Source: Cyanophora paradoxa CCMP329
Lineage: Eukaryota; Plantae; Glaucophyta
Direction of reading: 5' to 3'
Assembly (NCBI GenBank): GCA_004431415.1
Contig: QPMI01000462.1
Coordinates: forward strand, 1-40,146
Length of the DNA stretch: 40,146 nucleotides
Positions 35,988-40,146 of this stretch are shown here, piece by piece. Each line of letters starts with the position of its first letter. Position 1 is the stretch's first letter. The notes beneath the pieces were generated by a model. The model searched no databases, had not been told where the DNA came from, and saw only the letters and a list, made by a program, of their open reading frames with translations. Both the position numbers and the translations under genes were made by a program.

Positions 35988-36796
35988 TTACGCGGTGTCG
36001 CGTGCCGCGATTCCCTCGGATTAGGCTAGCCGGCAGTCTATGCGTAGCCGCTAGCCCTAGTCTAGTGCTATCGAGCAGCTAGCTCTAGCACTCTCTGTAT
36101 TCTGACTTAGCGCCGGGCGCGACTCCGTTTGGGGGTACGCGATCCCTGGACGGGTACACTTGTGAATAGACCACTTGTGCTCCCAGCTACAGCCCCAGCC
36201 CGTGCGTGACCGCACGGACGCTGCACCGGGTGGGAATCCTCTCATCCGACAGGCGCCATCTGCTCACGGAGCCAGAACCCCGATCATCAGCGACCCGTCA
36301 TCAGCAACCGACCCAGCTCGGCGACCGCGGCTCAGCCGGCGCGCAGGTAGACCTCAGCAGAGGTCGTGGGTCGCTTCTCGCGCCCCGCCTGCGCCGCTCC
36401 GGGCTGATCCGCAGTTGGCGACCGAACATTCTGGAAAGAACCAGAACTTAGTCCTGCGGATCCAGGAACGCGCGCGAATACCGAGGGATCCCCGTCCCGA
36501 TCGGATCGTCGCCGTTTCCTGAGCGAGCTGCGTGCGAGCCCGTGGGATCATTCCTGATCGGTCGCTAGTCACTCGCCGCGACGCCAGCCTTCTCCGGCTG
36601 TTGCGATCGTGCTGGACAAGACGAAGAGCGATCGGATCGACGGCTGAGGCGTGCGCGCCCGAGCTGTCTCCGGAATCGCCGCAGCCGAGCTAGTGAGCTT
36701 GCTCGCCGCTGCTGTGGACCACGACGGCCTCGGATCTCGAGCGAGGCACATTCTCTCACGGAAAAGCGTGGCATTACGTCGCCGCTTGACCTGAGA

Positions 36797-37255
36797 ATGT
36801 CCTCGGGGACCGGAGCCTCCGCGGAGTTCGTCGTCCGGGCCGCGCACGCGCGTGGCGCCGCCGACATGGACTCTATGAGCGGATCAAATGTTTTGCAATG
36901 GATCCAGAGCCTGCCGAAGCTGCCGCCGGGCAGCGATCAGCGCACGGTTCAGGACCACCTCCGCCAGTTCGAGAGCTGCGCGAGCATGAGCAAGGACTTG
37001 CTCAGTGTCTCGCCGACTGCACACATTGAAGTGCAGAAGCGAACTGGGTGGGCTCTTCTCGGCACGCTAGATCACGGGCACCCCGTGCGCCAGAACATCT
37101 CGCTGTTCCAGAGCGCCGAGCAGATCGACACTCGCGAGCTCGAGAAGCTGAAGGCGTACCGGGCCGAGCGTGCGCGCACGAGCACGGCGGACCCGCGAGA
37201 CGTCGCGATCCTCGAGACGCTCGACGAGAAGATCGCGCAAGCCGAGGAGGGCTTG
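36797..37255 (+). CDS. gag: Probable gag N-terminal portion
   Basis: ORF immediately upstream of RT (SLPKLPPGSDQRTVQDHLRQFE); assigned mainly by position. Confidence 0.45.
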
Positions 37256-38580
37256 CAGCGGACCGCCCCAGCAACCTGCTCTATTACGAGCACGTGATCA
37301 AACTCACGACTCGCCTTCCGGTGTTCACGCCTCCGCGGCGTATGAACCCGCACGCCGAGGAACACGCCCGCAAGGAAATTCAGAAACTCCTTGAGCTTGG
37401 GCTGATCGAGCCCTCCCAAGCGGCATATGGCTCGCCGGTAGTGCTGGCCCCCAAAAAGGACGGCACTTGGCGTTTCTGTGTCGACTATCGGAGGCTGAAT
37501 CAGATCACCGAGCGGGACGTGTTTCCCCTACCCCGCATAGACGACCAGCTCGAGCGCCTCCGCGGCTCGATGGTCTTCTCGACTGCTGACGCGACTGCCG
37601 GCTTCTGGCAGCTGCCTCTGCACCCCGGCTCCCGAGCCTACACTGCATTTGTGGTCCCCTGGGGTCACTTTCAGTGGAAGGTTACGCCGTTTGGGGTCAC
37701 GAACGGGCCCGCGGCATTCTCCCGCGCGATCACTGCGATCCTGGGCCCTTGCTGACCACCTGCGTCGTCGCGTACATCGACGATATCACGGTCTTCTCAC
37801 CGTCCATCGATCAGCACCTTCTAGACTTGAAGGCGCTCTTCGAGACGATCTCTAAGGCGAACCTGCGCCTGAAGCCGTCGAAGTGCCGCTTCTGCGTGCC
37901 TGAAATCGACCTTCTCGGCCACCGCATCTCCGCCGAAGGGATCCGCCAGGACCCTGCGAAGACCAAGGTGATCACGGACTGGCAGACGCCGAAGAACGCG
38001 GACGAGCTCCGCTCGTTCCTCGGCCTCGCCGGCTACTACCGCCGCTTTGTCGAGAACTTCTCCAAAGTGGTGCACGCCATGCAGCGCCTTCTATTGAAGG
38101 ACGCCGTCTGGAGTTGGCCAGAGGACGGCCCCGCCGACCGCGCCTTTAAGGAGCTGAAAGAACTCCTGGGCCGCGATATTATATTGCGGTTCCCGGACTT
38201 CTCGAAGCCCTTCATTCTCCAGACGGACGCCAGCACCTACGCTATCGGCGCAATTCTGAGCCAGGCCGACGACAAAGGCGTCGAGCGGCCGCTCGCGTTC
38301 ATCAGCCGCACGCTGCTGCCGGCCGAGATGAACTACTCCGCTACGGAGCTGGAGTGCCTCGCAGTAGTCTGGGCCATTAAGTATTGGCGCCACTATCTGC
38401 TGGGCGGCCCCCAGTTCCTGGTGCGGACCGACCACCACGCCCTCCAGTGGCTGAAGACGCTGGACCCGACGACGGGCCGCCTCGGTCGCTGGTCCCTGCT
38501 CTTGCAGGCCTACGACTTTGAGATCGTCTACCGCCCTGGCAAGCAGAACGGGGGTCCCGACGCGTGCTCGCGTCTCCCTA
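37255..38580 (+). CDS. pol: Gypsy pol: reverse transcriptase and RNase H (frameshift near 37750)
   Basis: SPVVLAPKKDGTWRFCVDYRRLN, PFGVTNGPA, YIDD (37773-37784), LRSFLGLAGYYRRF, LQTDAS, ELECLAVVWA, TDHHAL and YRPGKQNGGPDACSRLP. Confidence 0.96.
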
Positions 38581-40146
38581 AGGACCACCCCGTCTGGCAG
38601 CCAGGCGGTGCAGACGGTTCCTCGTCCAAGCCCGCGGCCTACAAGGGCGCCGAAGGCTTCGGCATCCCGCAACATGCTGTAGGGGCTGAGCCTGAGGATC
38701 CCGACGTCCCGCTGGGCATCTTTAGGATGCAGCTGGGCCCGACCGAGCGGGCCCTGCGCCAGCTCGCCAACTCCGCCGGCTTCCGCGCGGAAGCCCCAGC
38801 CGAGGGTGGCCGAGCCGCTAGACGCCGAGCGCCCGGGCGGCGCCTGCGAGCGCCCCCTCTTCCCCGCCGGGCCGCTCCTCTTATGCAGAGGAGGAGTCGC
38901 GGCCCCTGTGCCAGCCAGTGCTCCTGAGGCCGAGCCCGACGCCGGCGCCCCTGAAGCGCCCGCGCCCGAGCCTGAGGGTGAGGCTGGCGGTGCTGCGGAA
39001 ACCGATTCCGACGCCGAGCCCCCGCCGCCAGAGCGCGCGCCGCGACGCCTGCCCCGCGAGCTCGCCAAGCTTGCTGCGTCGGCTGGGTTCGCTGAGGCCA
39101 AGGCCTCCGCCTCGGCTACTGACGCCGCCACGCGCAAGCGAGCGCGGGCCGCCCCAGAGCGCTTCGCGCCTCCCGCGCCAGAGTCGGTCTCGCCGCCCCG
39201 AAACGACGAGAGCCGGCCCGGCGCCCGCTGTCGAGGAGCGCGAGGCTCCCTCGGACGCGGAGATGCCCGACGCCCCTGAGGGCGACCTGGGCGCCCCGGC
39301 CGCGCTGCTAGAGGACGCTCACGCAGAGGCCGAGGCCTCGGGCGAGATCGATGACGAGTCGCTGCCGGAAGGGCCTGTCCCCTCCGACGCCTGCGACGCT
39401 GACGGCTTCCCCCTCGCTCTTGCGGAGCGAGTCCCGAAGCGCTCGGAAACCGGGCCCCGTCGGTGGGGCGCCAAGGGATTTGCCGAGCCGCGGCCCCTGC
39501 ATCCCGACGCGCTCTTCCTCGCGGCCCGCCTTGAGGCGGCAGCCTCGAGATGAGTACAACACGCGCCACTGGCGCTCCCGGTCGACCCCTCGGATCGGCC
39601 GGTGCCGATTCATATTGAGTGGGAGCCGGAGGACCCTGAGGGCGAGCCGCCTCCCGGGCCTCCGCGCCGACGCTCGCTCTCCCGGAGACTGCTCGCCACC
39701 AGATCCGCGTTCGGCCGGTCCCCCGGACCCAAGCCAGCGCCGCGGGCTCGAGGTCGCCCCTCTGCCCGCGGGCAGGCTTCCGACGACGCCGCCCCGCTCG
39801 AGCCTGAGACGGTCGCCGCCGAGGCCGCTGCCCCGCAGCGGTGGGTAGAACTCGACCCTAGAGGCCGGGACGTTCGCCCGCCGTGCAAGCCGGTCTTCGT
39901 GGATACCGTCCTCGACGCGTGGGCCTGCGGACCCTCGCCAGCCGTCGATGGGGCGCTCCCCGACGCGCTGCGCCGTATGTTCCCGCCCGAGAAGCGCAAG
40001 CGTCTGCTCGCCGCTCAGAAGGAGGATTCCTTCTGCAAGAAGCTTCTCGCCTTCCACGCAGAGGGCGAGAATCCAACTGTCTGTACCCGCGGCTCGAGGC
40101 GCGACGCAGATCCCTGCTCGCCCAGCTGCGCTCACTGCCTGCGGGC

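Larger units (their letters stand above)
35987..40146 (+). mobile_element. Ty3/Gypsy LTR retrotransposon, 3'-truncated by the window edge; putative 5' LTR ~35987-36428
   Basis: RT and RNase H motifs are of Ty3/Gypsy type. The LTR limits are tentative: GTTACGCGGT..ACCGAACA followed by TTC-TGG, a possible primer-binding-site start. Confidence 0.85.

Noticed and set aside
38091-39569. 492-aa minus-strand ORF
   Set aside because: Antisense shadow of the GC3-rich pol and linker.

Overview
Eukaryotic, intron-containing genomic DNA from a GC-rich organism; the taxon cannot be determined from sequence alone. It has four parts. (1) 242-10505 is a 10.3-kb foldback-type element with ~2.5-kb inverted arms. 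Each arm ends in a ~250-bp hairpin whose 60-bp loop lies in opposite (flip/flop) orientation at the two ends. The arms enclose mirror-oriented GC minisatellites, captured host gene fragments and a central 4.6-copy array of a ~700-bp unit. (2) The element is flanked by a long direct duplication of a GC-rich host gene segment (1-242 = 11046-11289) rather than a short target-site duplication. (3) ~12.2-34.8 kb is a gene-dense island of lower GC (roughly 45-50% versus ~70% in sampled lines), bordered by TGATCATGA-rich zones. It carries four divergent F-box/LRR genes, a class-III aminotransferase-like gene and several orphan multi-exon genes. (4) ~36-40.1 kb is a Ty3/Gypsy LTR retrotransposon (gag-like fragment, RT, RNase H) lacking a visible protease, with a long linker before the probable integrase. 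Many frameshifts fall in homopolymers and may be long-read errors. Exon boundaries are approximate.
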